From Acidimicrobiales bacterium (GTDB lineage Bacteria > Actinomycetota > Acidimicrobiia > Acidimicrobiales > CAIXPF01), in assembly GCA_038255145.1 (NCBI GenBank), contig JBBSLP010000001.1:3682-67681 (forward strand): DNA of 64,000 nucleotides. The letters run 5' to 3'. Shown in pieces: positions 9,022 through 18,091 of this stretch (the first letter of the stretch is position 1; the number at the start of each line of letters is the position of its first letter). A model generated the notes under the pieces. The model searched no databases, was not told where the DNA came from, and saw only the letters and a list, made by a program, of their open reading frames with translations. The translations under genes and the position numbers were made by a program.

Positions 9022-10005
9022 TCAGTGCACGGGGTGGGAGGTGTCGGCGCCGACGGGGAGGTCGCCTTCACCACCGCCCTCGACCTCGGGCTCTCCCGCC
9101 GGGGCCGCGGGCCGGGGCGGGGCACTCGAGGTGGTGGCCGGGACCGTGGCCTTGGTGGTGTCGGGCGTGCTCGTGCGGGCCGCGGCCGCTGGGGGGTGGG
9201 CCACGGGATGGTTGGAGGGGCTGCCGGCGATGGCGTCGCCGAGCCGGGTGAAGATGGGATCCCAGCGCCGGTCGAACCGGGCCGAGCGGTGCACGGCCCG
9301 CTGCATGCGCCGGGGGCGGCTGCGATAGACGTGGCGGGCCCAGGGCGAGGTGGGCCGAGCCAGGCGAATGGCGCCGATGATGGCCATCCAGGGCACGAAC
9401 ACCGACACCAGGGCCAGGCGGTACTTGCCCTTGGTGGCACAGACGATCACGGCCACGATGGTGATGGCGATGCCGAGGATGCCGTAGATGCGCAGGTTGA
9501 TCTCGGTGTCGGTGGTGTCGTCCACGCCGAAGGGGGTCAGGCCCACGAGCAGGCAGGCCAGGCTGGCCGAGGTCAGGGCCACGGCCTGGACCGAGAGCTG
9601 TCCCTGTTTGGCCCAGTAGACGTCGTCGAGGTGGAGGATGAGGGCGAACTCGTCGAGCACGAGCGACGCCCCCACGCCGACGGCCACGGCCGCCACCTCG
9701 TGCCACGGCGAGTCACCGTTGCCGCCCACGGCCATGGCCGCGCCGATGAGCAGCAGGATGAGCCCGGGCACGCTGTGGTGGATGTGCAGCCCACCGGGGG
9801 TGACGTCCTTGAACGGTCCCCGGCCGGCCCGGATGAGCCGGGTGATGGCCCTGGTCAGCAGGAACGTGACCACGAAGGACATGAAGCACAGCAACAGGGG
9901 CAGCTTGTGGGGCTCGATGATGTTGCGGGTCCACCAGTCCCCCATGACGGCGAGTGTGCCACCGCCGAGGGCGTTTCGGGCGTAGGGGCCCGCGATCTCC
10001 ACCAC
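9022..10005 (-). CDS. Integral membrane protein of unknown function with a Pro/Ala/Thr-rich C-terminal tail
   Basis: 327 aa with several TM helices (LPLLLCFMSFVVTFLLTRAI, GLILLLIGAAMAV...). Its GTG start directly abuts the amidase stop codon (TGA GTG). Confidence 0.7.
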   Translation of the reverse strand: MVEIAGPYARNALGGGTLAVMGDWWTRNIIEPHKLPLLLCFMSFVVTFLLTRAITRLIRAGRGPFKDVTPGGLHIHHSVPGLILLLIGAAMAVGGNGDSPWHEVAAVAVGVGASLVLDEFALILHLDDVYWAKQGQLSVQAVALTSASLACLLVGLTPFGVDDTTDTEINLRIYGILGIAITIVAVIVCATKGKYRLALVSVFVPWMAIIGAIRLARPTSPWARHVYRSRPRRMQRAVHRSARFDRRWDPIFTRLGDAIAGSPSNHPVAHPPAAAARTSTPDTTKATVPATTSSAPPRPAAPAGEPEVEGGGEGDLPVGADTSHPVH

Positions 10006-11241
10006 TCAGGGTGCCGAGGACCCGAGGGCGGCGGCGGCGAAGCGCCCCACGTCGAGCAGGGCATGGTCGGCCCACCGGGTGCCGACGAGCTGCACGCCCA
10101 CGGGCATGCGCGCCGGGCCTCGGGCCCCGGGCAGGGACAGCGCCGGCACCCGCAGCAGGGTCCAGACCTTGTTGAAGGCGGGATCCCCGGTGCTGTCCAG
10201 GCCCAGGGGGGCCTCGCCGGGGGCCGACGGTGTGAGCAGGGCATCGAGGTCGAGACGGGCCAGGGTGGCAGCGTAGGCGGCCCGCCCGGCCACCGCATCC
10301 CGTTGGGCGGCGCCGTAGGCCTCGGGACTGACCAGGGCGCGGGCCTCGATGATGGCGGCCAACCTGTCCGACAGCAGGTCGGGGTGGGCCGCGTGCTCCC
10401 AGGCCAGGCTGGCGCCGATCTCGGCCGCCATGATGGTGTCGTGGGCGGCGCCGAGGGGGCCGAGCGCACCGATCAGGTCGACGTCGACGACCTCGGCCCC
10501 GGCGGCGGCCAGGGATGATGCGGCCATCTCCAGTGCGGTGACGGTGGACATCTCGGCCGCCGGCCATTGATGGCTGCGGTACCGCCCGATGCGGGGAGCG
10601 GGCCGATCCGCCCCACCGCGGCTGGCGGGGGGCTCGGCCGGCGGGCCGGGCGGGGCCAGGGCGGCGAGCACGGCGGCCACGTCGTCCACCGTGGTGCCGT
10701 ACCAGCCCAGGGTGTCGAAGGAGGGGGCCAGGGGGTGCACCCCGGTCAGGGCGACCAGGTCGAAGGTGGGCTTGAAGGCCACCACCCCGCAGAACGAGCC
10801 CGGCCTGATGACCGAGCCCCCGGTCTGGGTGCCGAAGGCGACGCGCACCATGCCCGCGGCCACTGCGGCGGCCGAACCGCTCGACGAGCCGCCGGGGGTG
10901 CGGGTGGGGTCGTGGGGGTTGGTGGTGGGGCCGGGGCGGAAGAAGGCGAACTCGGTGGTCACCGTCTTGCCCACCACCACGGCGCCGGCGGCCCGGGCCA
11001 GGGCCACGGCCGCGGCATCGCTGCGGGGCCGGTGCCCGGCGTAGATGGCCGAACCCTTCTCGGTGGGCAGGTCGGCGGTGTCGATGATGTCCTTGACGCC
11101 CAGGGTGAAGCCGTTCAGCGACCCGGCCGGGGCCCCGGCCATGGCCGCCCGCACCTCGTCGTCGGCGCGCCGGCTGACCCAGGCGGCCACGGTCGGCTCC
11201 CGCTCGGCGGTGATGGCCAGCTCGGCCTCGAGGCGGTCCAT
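10006..11241 (-). CDS. Amidase (amidase-signature family)
   Basis: GVKDIIDTADLPTEKGS...GGSSSGSAAAVAAGMVRVAFGTQTGGSVIRPGSFCG is the AS signature with the Ser-cisSer-Lys context. The start is taken at the internal ATG (MDRLEAELA); the ORF track extends to 11379. Confidence 0.85.
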   Translation of the reverse strand: MDRLEAELAITAEREPTVAAWVSRRADDEVRAAMAGAPAGSLNGFTLGVKDIIDTADLPTEKGSAIYAGHRPRSDAAAVALARAAGAVVVGKTVTTEFAFFRPGPTTNPHDPTRTPGGSSSGSAAAVAAGMVRVAFGTQTGGSVIRPGSFCGVVAFKPTFDLVALTGVHPLAPSFDTLGWYGTTVDDVAAVLAALAPPGPPAEPPASRGGADRPAPRIGRYRSHQWPAAEMSTVTALEMAASSLAAAGAEVVDVDLIGALGPLGAAHDTIMAAEIGASLAWEHAAHPDLLSDRLAAIIEARALVSPEAYGAAQRDAVAGRAAYAATLARLDLDALLTPSAPGEAPLGLDSTGDPAFNKVWTLLRVPALSLPGARGPARMPVGVQLVGTRWADHALLDVGRFAAAALGSSAP

Positions 11242-11399
11242 GTCGACGGTGGTCACCCCCCCATCCCAGCGCGTCGCGGCCACCCGCGCCCGGGCTGGAG
11301 CGATGACGGCTCGATGAAGGGGTCCGTGAACCCGACGGCACCGGTGGGCCAGACTCCGCCCCCGGCCGCAGCGCGGCACGAGGACGCAGGGAGGCGACG

Positions 11400-12221
11400 A
11401 TGCAGCTCGAAGGAGCCCGGGTGCTGGTCACGGGGGCATCCCGGGGGCTGGGAGCGGCCGTGGCCCGCGACGTCGCCCGCCGGGGGGCGCTGGTCGTGCT
11501 CGTGGCCCGCTCACGGTCCGAGCTCGAGATCGTGGCCGCCGAGGTCGGGGGTACGGCCGTGGTGGCCGACCTGACCGACCCGGCCCAGCTGCACGGGTTG
11601 ATCGCCCGCTGTGAGGACGCGGCCGGCCCCATCGACGTGCTGGTCAACAACGCCGGCGTGCTCGAGGTGGGTCCGCTGGCCGCGGCGACGGCGGCCTCGG
11701 TCCACCGCCAGGTGGCCCTCGACCTCGAGGCCCCCATCGAGCTGACCCGTCAGGTGCTGCCGGGCATGCTGGCCCGGGGTCGGGGCCACGTGGTCATGGT
11801 GTCCTCGGTGCAGGGGGTGACGACCACGCCGGGGTGCGCGGTGTACGGGGCCACCAAGGCGGCAATGACCCACCTGACCGCCATCCTCCGCCTCGAGCTG
11901 CGCCACACCCCGGTGGGCACGACGGTGGTGGCGCCGGGCCCGGTCGACACCGACATGTGGTCCGAGCTCGGCGATGCCCCCTACCTGCGCAGCTACTTCC
12001 GCCGGCTGCGACGCCTGGGGATGATCGACCACACCGACGTCGACGAGCTGGCCCGGGCCGTGGGCGACGCCATCGAAGCCGGCCGCCGCCACGTGCGCCG
12101 CCCCCGACGCGCCGCCTTGCTCCACTGGCTGGAGGAGGCCCCCCGCCGGGCCGTCGAGCTGGCCCTGCTCGGCGTCCACCTCCCCCACCCCACCGCGTCG
12201 GGGACCGAGCCCGCGCCATGA
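11400..12221 (+). CDS. Short-chain dehydrogenase/reductase (SDR)
   Basis: VLVTGASRGLGAAVA (TGxxxGxG), NNAG, YGATKAA (YxxxK). RBS GGGAGG upstream. Confidence 0.9.
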   Translation: MQLEGARVLVTGASRGLGAAVARDVARRGALVVLVARSRSELEIVAAEVGGTAVVADLTDPAQLHGLIARCEDAAGPIDVLVNNAGVLEVGPLAAATAASVHRQVALDLEAPIELTRQVLPGMLARGRGHVVMVSSVQGVTTTPGCAVYGATKAAMTHLTAILRLELRHTPVGTTVVAPGPVDTDMWSELGDAPYLRSYFRRLRRLGMIDHTDVDELARAVGDAIEAGRRHVRRPRRAALLHWLEEAPRRAVELALLGVHLPHPTASGTEPAP

Positions 12222-12855
12222 CCCCGACGCGACCCCTCGATGGCCGGGTGGCCCTGGTGACCGGGGCCAACCACGGCATCGGCGCGGCGGTGGCCGCGGC
12301 CGTGGCCCGCCGCGGTGCCGCCGTGCTCATCAGCTACCTGCGGCTGGCTCCCCTGGCCGACCCCGGCCTGCCCGAGGCCTACGACCGCCAGCGGGCCGAC
12401 GACGCCCGGGCCGTGCTGGCCGGCATCGCCGCCGCTGGTGGTCGGCCGACACCTTCGCCGCCGCCGGAGCCGACCGGGTGGGGCGCCGGCTACCCCGGGT
12501 CGGTGCCGGCACGGTCGACCGCAACCTGGCCGTCGACGCCAGGGCCGCATCGTCGGGCTGACCTCGGGCGGGCGTAACGGCTTCCCCGAGGAGGTGTCCT
12601 ACGGGGCGGCCAAGGCGGCCATGGAGAGCTACACGCTGTCCGCGGCCACCGAGCTGGCCAACCTGGGCATCACCGCCAACGTCGTGCACCCTCCGATCAC
12701 CGACACCGGTTGGGTGACCGACGAGGTGCGGGCCGAGGTGGCCGCGCCCCGACCTCGGGCACGTGGCCGAACCCGCCGAGGTGGCCGACGTCGTCGCCTG
12801 GTTGTGCACCGACGCCGCCCGCCTCGTCACCGGCAACGTCATCCGCCTGCGCTGA
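12218..12855 (+). pseudogene. Frameshifted and shortened SDR paralogue
   Basis: Starts with an ATGA overlap at 12218 (MTPTRPLDGRVALVTGANHGIGAAVA). SDR-like sequence then continues in other frames: ADTFAA...TVDRNLAVDARA in frame 1, GRIVGLTSGG...SYGAAKAAMESYT...NVVHPPITDTGW in frame 0, and DLGHVAEPAEVADVVAWLCTDAARLVTGNVIRLR-stop in frame 1. Total length is only about 212 codons. Confidence 0.6.
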
Positions 12856-12941
12856 CGGCCACCTCGGACCTTCCGGGGGGGATCGTCAACCGCCACGGTC
12901 GAGGATCTTCCCCGGTCGCGACGACCGCCGCCGGATCTACG

Positions 12942-13361
12942 TCACGAGCCGCGAGGTGGCGGATCACCCAACGACCAGATGCGGACGTTGCCGTGTGCGG
13001 CGGCGAGGGCGCCGAGATCATCGGGGTCGGCGGTGGCGATGACCGCTCCGCCCAACCGGATGGCCGTCGCCACCACGATGGCGTCAACCGCCGAGCCCGT
13101 CCCGGCGCGGCTACGGAGGCGACCGGCCAGGCGGGCGACCGGGACACTGAGCGGCACGACCAGAGCGGCGAAACGGACGAGGCGATCGATGGTCGCGTCC
13201 GATCCATCACCCCGGTAGACCTCGGCAAGCACCACGATCGGAACCACCGGGCGTTGACCGGCTCGGGCCGCGATGCGGCTGATGGCCTGCGCCCGCAGGC
13301 TCGCCGATCCTCGTTCACGGGGATGAGCCAAGGCGTTCACCGCCTCGGCATCGAGGATCAG
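12942..13361 (-). CDS. PIN-domain (VapC-like) toxin
   Basis: LILDAEAV...VLAEVYRG...SAVDAIVVATAIRLGGAVIATADPDDL carries the four acidic PIN positions. The first Asp lies upstream of the track start (GTG 13340). The only in-frame start candidate upstream of it is CTG at 13361, which overlaps the antitoxin stop as CTGA. Confidence 0.6.
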   Translation of the reverse strand: MILDAEAVNALAHPRERGSASLRAQAISRIAARAGQRPVVPIVVLAEVYRGDGSDATIDRLVRFAALVVPLSVPVARLAGRLRSRAGTGSAVDAIVVATAIRLGGAVIATADPDDLGALAAAHGNVRIWSLGDPPPRGS

Positions 13362-13573
13362 CTGGCCTGCCAGAACGCCTCCGCCTCGGCCAACAGGGCC
13401 TCGGGGATGGGGCCGGTCTCCTCAGCCAACTCGTCGAGCAGGTTCGACATCTCGACGTTGCCCAGGCGAGCCTCGATGGCGCGGACGACGAAGTCCTCGA
13501 CACCAGCCTCGCCCGCGGCGACGACCACGGCGTCGGCCAATGCGACCGGGATGCGCACCACCCTGCTTGCCAT
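13358..13573 (-). CDS. Ribbon-helix-helix-type antitoxin
   Basis: 71 aa: MASRVVRIPVALADAVVVAAGEAGVEDFVVRAIEARL... (N-terminal beta-strand plus helices). Sits immediately upstream of and overlapping the PIN gene. Confidence 0.55.
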   Translation of the reverse strand: MASRVVRIPVALADAVVVAAGEAGVEDFVVRAIEARLGNVEMSNLLDELAEETGPIPEALLAEAEAFWQAS

Positions 13574-13642
13574 GAGCGAAGCCTACGAGCCGGGAGCCCG
13601 ACGACCCAGCACCTTGCTAGGGCCGTCGCTGTCCGGCTGCGG

Positions 13643-14515
13643 TCAGTTGACGAAGAGGCGTTCGAGGTCGTCGACGAGGGCCCGGGCCCACAGGTGGCCG
13701 AAGCCGGGCCACAGGTTGGCGTCCACCACGTGGACGCGGCCGGCCTTGACCGCAGGGATGGCCTGGTAGAGGGGGCTGGCCGCCACCTCCTCGTAGGCGG
13801 CCCGGGGCATGCCCTCGGATCCGGTCGCCTCCACCAGCCAGTCGGCGTCGATCTCGGGGAGGCGCTCCAGGCTCTCCTTGTTGACCGACGCGTCGGGGCC
13901 CACCACGGGCTGGGCCCGCCACGGCACCCCGGGCACCCGGGTGGCGGCCTCGAGCACGGCCACCATGGCCGGCGTCACCGGCACCACGGTCTGGTGGGCC
14001 AGGGCCATGCCCAACCTGTCGCCGACCTCGTTCCACAACCCGGCCCGACCGACGCGGGCCAGGCCGTGGCAGGCGGCCACCAGGGGCTCGGAGGCGGCGG
14101 CCAGGGCGGTGACCGTCCGTTCGAGGACGACGGCGGACGACGCCACCGCCTCGACCCCGGGCAGGCCGGCCCAGGGGTGGGTGGTGTCGACCACGACGAT
14201 CGGTCGGCCGAGGTCGATCATGGTGGGCCAGCCCTCGGGCGCCACCTGCCAACGGACCTGGCCGGGGTCCACGACGAACCCCGCCCCGGCCGCGGCCACG
14301 CCGAAGCCCACGGGCCCGGCGAGCATGCCCGCGAACCAGCCCGACAGGAAGACGGCCCCCGCTGGTGCCGGCCAGCCCTCGGCGACCTGGTCGGCATGCG
14401 TGGCCCGCAACCGGGGGGCGTCGCCGGCCGCCAGGTCGGCCAGGGTGAGCGTGACGTCACCATGGGCGGTGCCGCCGTCGTGGTCGAAGTAGGTGGCAGG
14501 TGGGCGCCCAGCCAC
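13643..14515 (-). pseudogene. Chimeric ORF: FhuF-like (ferric-siderophore reductase-like) N-terminal two thirds fused to the C-terminal about 83 aa of an iron-siderophore periplasmic binding protein
   Basis: C-terminal DASVNKESLERLPEIDADWLV...YQAIPAVKAGRVHVVDANLWPGFGHLWARALVDDLERLF looks like an SBP C-terminus. The upstream part (FLSGWFAGMLAGPVGFGVAAAG...LARVGRAGLWNEVGDRLG) looks FhuF-like but has no Cys-cluster C-terminus. A further coding-like N-terminal piece (STAPELVLALDAPDAAAWLGAHL, from ATG 14580) lies in another frame. Confidence 0.4.
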
Positions 14516-14642
14516 GCCGCCGCATCGGGGGCGTCGAGAGCAAGGACCAGCTCAGGTGCCGTCGAGCCTGCGGAACACATAGCGATAGGTTGGCCGAACA
14601 GCGACACGGGCAGAAGCGCCTTCGCTGCGCCTCGCCGGGCCC

Positions 14643-15149
14643 TCAGCTCGAGGTGCCGCCGGCCCGGCCCTGGCGCAGGACGGTACGGGCCAGGATGCCC
14701 AGGGTGGCCCGCAGGGCGGCTTCGGAGATGACGGGGAAGATGCCCCGGTCCTTCCACGTCTGATCGATGGTCGACCAGTCGTAGTACGAGGTCACCAGGG
14801 TCCCGCCCTCGACGGGTTCGAGGGTGTAGCCGTAGACGTGGCCGATGGGCGGGCGCACGGTGCCCTCGGTGGTCCAGGCGATCTCCCGGTCGGCGGCGAA
14901 CGTGGCGATGTGGACGGTCACGTCGTACTCGCCCATGGGGAAGTCGTTGAGGGCCTCGCGGTCCATGTGGACCACGAAGGTGTCTCCCACCGCGGTGACC
15001 GGATCACCGGTGGCGTCGATCAGCATGCCCGTGGCGTCGATGGACACGTGGCCCTGGGGATCGCTCAGCACGGCGAAGATGGCCGCAGGCGCGGCGGCGA
15101 TGGTCCGCTGGACCTCGATGCGCTCGATGGGGGTGTCGGCGTCGCTCAT
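14643..15149 (-). CDS. SRPBCC (polyketide cyclase/dehydrase-like) family protein
   Basis: MSDADTPIERIEVQRTIAAAPAAIFAVLSDPQGHVSIDATG... is a typical SRPBCC N-terminus. About 168 aa from the internal ATG. Confidence 0.75.
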   Translation of the reverse strand: MSDADTPIERIEVQRTIAAAPAAIFAVLSDPQGHVSIDATGMLIDATGDPVTAVGDTFVVHMDREALNDFPMGEYDVTVHIATFAADREIAWTTEGTVRPPIGHVYGYTLEPVEGGTLVTSYYDWSTIDQTWKDRGIFPVISEAALRATLGILARTVLRQGRAGGTSS

Positions 15150-15245
15150 GGTCCCATCCTCGCCGATGAGCGGCGGATGGGGAGGGGCCACGGCGGCCCC
15201 TCCCCATCGCTACCGGCTCCAGAGCTCAGGGCTGGAGAGCCGGGG

Positions 15246-16436
15246 CTAGAGAGCGGTCTTCTCGTACATGGTGACGACGCAGGCGCCGCCCAGGCCCAGG
15301 TTGTGCTGCAGGCCGATGCGGGCCCCGTCCACCTGGCGGGCGTCGGCGGTGCCCCGCAGCTGCCACGTGAGCTCGGCGCACTGGGCCAGGCCGGTGGCGC
15401 CCAGGGGGTGGCCCTTGGAGATGAGCCCGCCCGAGGGGTTGACCACCCAGTCGCCGCCGTAGGTCACGGCGCCGGCGTCGATGAGGTCGCCGGCCTTGCC
15501 CTCGGCGCACAGGCCCAGGCCCTCGTAGGTGATCATCTCGTTGGCCGAGAAGCAGTCGTGCAGCTCGATGACGTCGACGTCCTCGGGTCCGTGGCCGGAC
15601 TGCTCGTAGACCTGCTTGGCCGCGGCCGCGGTCATGTCGAAGCCCACCAGCTTCATGTCGCTGCCCTCGAAGGTGGAGCTGAAGTCGGTGGTCATGGCCT
15701 GGGCCACGATCTCCACAGCCTGGTCCTCGAGGCCGTGCTCACGCACGAAGCGCTCGCTGGCCAGGATGGCGGCCCCGCTGCCGTCCGACGTGGGGCAGCA
15801 CTGCAGCTTGGTCAGCGGGTCCCACACCATGGGGGCAGCCAGGATCTCGTCGAGGGTGTAGACGTCCTGGAACTGGGCGTAGGGGTTGTTGGCCGAGTGG
15901 CGGTGGTTCTTCTCGGCGATGCGGGCGAAGCTCTCGGGCTTGGTGCCGTAGCGCTCCATGTACTCCCGGCCGGCGTTGCCGAACATCTGGGGGGCACCGG
16001 GGGCCCGGGACAGGCCGCGGCGGGCCTTCATGTCCATGAAGTGGCGACGCATGGGGGCGACCCGGTCGGTGAACTTCACCCCCAGGGAACCCTTCTCCAT
16101 CTTCTCGAAGCCCAGGGCCAGAGCGCAGTCGGCCAGGCCACCCTCGATGGAGCGCTTGGCCATGTACAGAGCCGAGGAGCCGGTGGCGCAGTTGTTGTTG
16201 ACGTTGATGGCGGGGATGCCGGTGAGGCCCAGTTCGTAGAGAGCGGCCTGCCCGGCGGTGGAGTCGCCGTAGCAGTAGCCCAGGTAAGCCATCTCGATGG
16301 CGTCATAGGCGATGCCGGCGTCGGCCAGGGCGGCCTGGCCCGACTCGCGTGCCATGTCGGGGTAGTCCCAGTCGCGGGCGAAGGGCTTCTCGAACTTGGT
16401 CATGCCGACCCCGATGACGAACACGCGCTCAGCCAT
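15246..16436 (-). CDS. Thiolase-fold lipid-transfer protein (SCP-x-type thiolase)
   Basis: [18 protein letters not shown]...[16 protein letters not shown]...[17 protein letters not shown]; 396 aa. Confidence 0.85.
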   Translation of the reverse strand: MAERVFVIGVGMTKFEKPFARDWDYPDMARESGQAALADAGIAYDAIEMAYLGYCYGDSTAGQAALYELGLTGIPAINVNNNCATGSSALYMAKRSIEGGLADCALALGFEKMEKGSLGVKFTDRVAPMRRHFMDMKARRGLSRAPGAPQMFGNAGREYMERYGTKPESFARIAEKNHRHSANNPYAQFQDVYTLDEILAAPMVWDPLTKLQCCPTSDGSGAAILASERFVREHGLEDQAVEIVAQAMTTDFSSTFEGSDMKLVGFDMTAAAAKQVYEQSGHGPEDVDVIELHDCFSANEMITYEGLGLCAEGKAGDLIDAGAVTYGGDWVVNPSGGLISKGHPLGATGLAQCAELTWQLRGTADARQVDGARIGLQHNLGLGGACVVTMYEKTAL

Positions 16437-16482
16437 GCCTGGCCTCTCTGTCTGGTTCGGCCACGGCGCAGAGGGCGCGGTG

Positions 16483-16492
16483 AACGATCGTT
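16483..16492. promoter_or_regulatory. Perfect 10-bp palindrome in a divergent promoter region
   Basis: AACGATCGTT lies between the thiolase gene (minus) and the hydrolase gene (plus). It only weakly resembles a GAAC-N4-GTTC box (8 of 12 to TCGAAC-N4-GTTCGA). Confidence 0.25.
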
Positions 16493-16615
16493 AGCAGCGG
16501 CGAGGTTACCGGGAGCGGCCGGACGGGTGCCAGCGCCGGTGCGCCCCCCGGGTCTCGGAGAGTCGGGCTGAACGGGGGTTCACGCTAGGGTCACGACGCC
16601 GACGACCCCCCAACG

Positions 16616-17521
16616 GTGGTGCCCATGACCAGCCAGCCCGACGACCACGTCACTCCCCGAGTGCTGCAGCTGACCGGCGCCGGCGGGCTGCGGTTGGAGG
16701 CCGACCAGCACGGGCCCCCCGACGGTCCTCCGGTGCTCCTGCTCCACGGCGGCGGCCAGAGCCGCCACGCCTGGAAGGGCACCGCCGCGCGGCTGGCCGC
16801 CCGGGGCTACCACGTGCTCGCCCTGGACGCCCGGGGCCACGGCGACAGCGAGTGGTCCGCCGACGCCGCCTACGCCATGACCGACTTCGCCGCCGACCTG
16901 CTGTTGGTGCTCGAGGGGATCGAGGGCCGCCCCGCCGTGGTCGGGGCGTCGATGGGGGGCATGACCGCGCTCCTGGCCCAGGGGGCAGCCGACCGTCAGC
17001 TGTACTCGGCCGTCGTGCTGGTGGACGTCACCCCCCGCATGGAGCTGGGTGGCGTGGCCCGCATCGTGGACTTCATGGCTGCCAACCCCGAGGGCTTCGC
17101 CACCCTGGACGACGCCGCCGCCGCCATCTCGGCCTACAACCCCCACCGGTCCAAGCCCCGGGGCAGTGCCGGGCTCGAGCGGGTGCTGCGCGAGGGGGCC
17201 GACGGCCGCTGGCACTGGCGCTGGGACCCCGCCTTCATCACCTGGCGGGCCGACGGGGCCGATCCCGACCTGCTGGCCGAGCGCATGGACGCCATGGCCA
17301 TCGAGCTCTACGCCGCCGCCAACCAGGTGGCCGCCCCGACCCTGCTCGTGCGCGGCGCCCAGTCCGACCTGGTCAGCGAGGCGTCGGTGGCCGAGTTCCG
17401 GGCCGCCGTCCCCCACGCCGACTTCGTCGACATCACCGGCGCCGGCCACATGGTCGCCGGTGACGACAACGACGCCTTCACCGCGGCCGTCGTCGACTTC
17501 CTCGAGCGCAGCCGGGCCTGA
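16616..17521 (+). CDS. Alpha/beta hydrolase
   Basis: PVLLLHGGGQSRHAW, nucleophile elbow GASMGG, C-terminal GAGHMV. Alternative ATG start at 16625. Confidence 0.85.
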   Translation: MVPMTSQPDDHVTPRVLQLTGAGGLRLEADQHGPPDGPPVLLLHGGGQSRHAWKGTAARLAARGYHVLALDARGHGDSEWSADAAYAMTDFAADLLLVLEGIEGRPAVVGASMGGMTALLAQGAADRQLYSAVVLVDVTPRMELGGVARIVDFMAANPEGFATLDDAAAAISAYNPHRSKPRGSAGLERVLREGADGRWHWRWDPAFITWRADGADPDLLAERMDAMAIELYAAANQVAAPTLLVRGAQSDLVSEASVAEFRAAVPHADFVDITGAGHMVAGDDNDAFTAAVVDFLERSRA

Positions 17522-17766
17522 TCCCGGTCCGGCGGTCGCCGCCGACGCAGCAGCCGGGGCGCGTCGAGGCGGTTCCTCGATCGGTTCCGCATCACGGTGG
17601 CTTCCGCCCTCGCACGCTGGTCGTGCCGCCGTAGCCACCCTGGGGCGCCTGATGGCTCTCCTGCTGCTCGGCCCCGGCCAGGCCGGAGTCCGGGCGCGCC
17701 CTCGCCCACCGGTGGGCGCCCCCGCGCCCGGAAGGTCGGCGCCGACTCGCTACCGGCTCGCCGCGT

Positions 17767-17784
17767 CGAATCGACGTCGAATCG
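17767..17784 (+). promoter_or_regulatory. Direct-repeat motif CGAATCG-ACGT-CGAATCG (copy 1 of 3 in the window)
   Basis: Two identical heptamers 11 bp apart, about 310 bp upstream of the 18092 operon start inside a 570-bp non-coding gap. Confidence 0.35.
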
Positions 17785-18091
17785 CCACCGAAGGGCTCGT
17801 CCCACCACTCCCAGGCCGCTGACCTGCGGCGTCCGCCCGCCAGGCAGGCGGCGCTCACAGCACGGGACGGGGGTGGTGATCGACGGTGGCCAAGCCCCAT
17901 CGCATCGCCGCCGCCCGCCTCGCCGGCCGAGCGCCACTGACGCACGGTGAACCCCGCACCACCCAGCCGGAACGGGGACCAGAACAGGCCTGGAGCATGG
18001 TAATGCTGCAGTAACACAACTGTTGTGGAGCGCCCCCGGTCGTGCGCCATGCTGTGGCCCCGACCGCGGCGGCGTGCTGAGGGGAGTGGCC

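Noticed and set aside
16483-16492. The palindrome AACGATCGTT, considered as a second SOS box.
   Set aside because: Only 8 of 12 positions match TCGAAC-N4-GTTCGA, with both outer dinucleotides wrong. It is more likely an unrelated operator, or chance.
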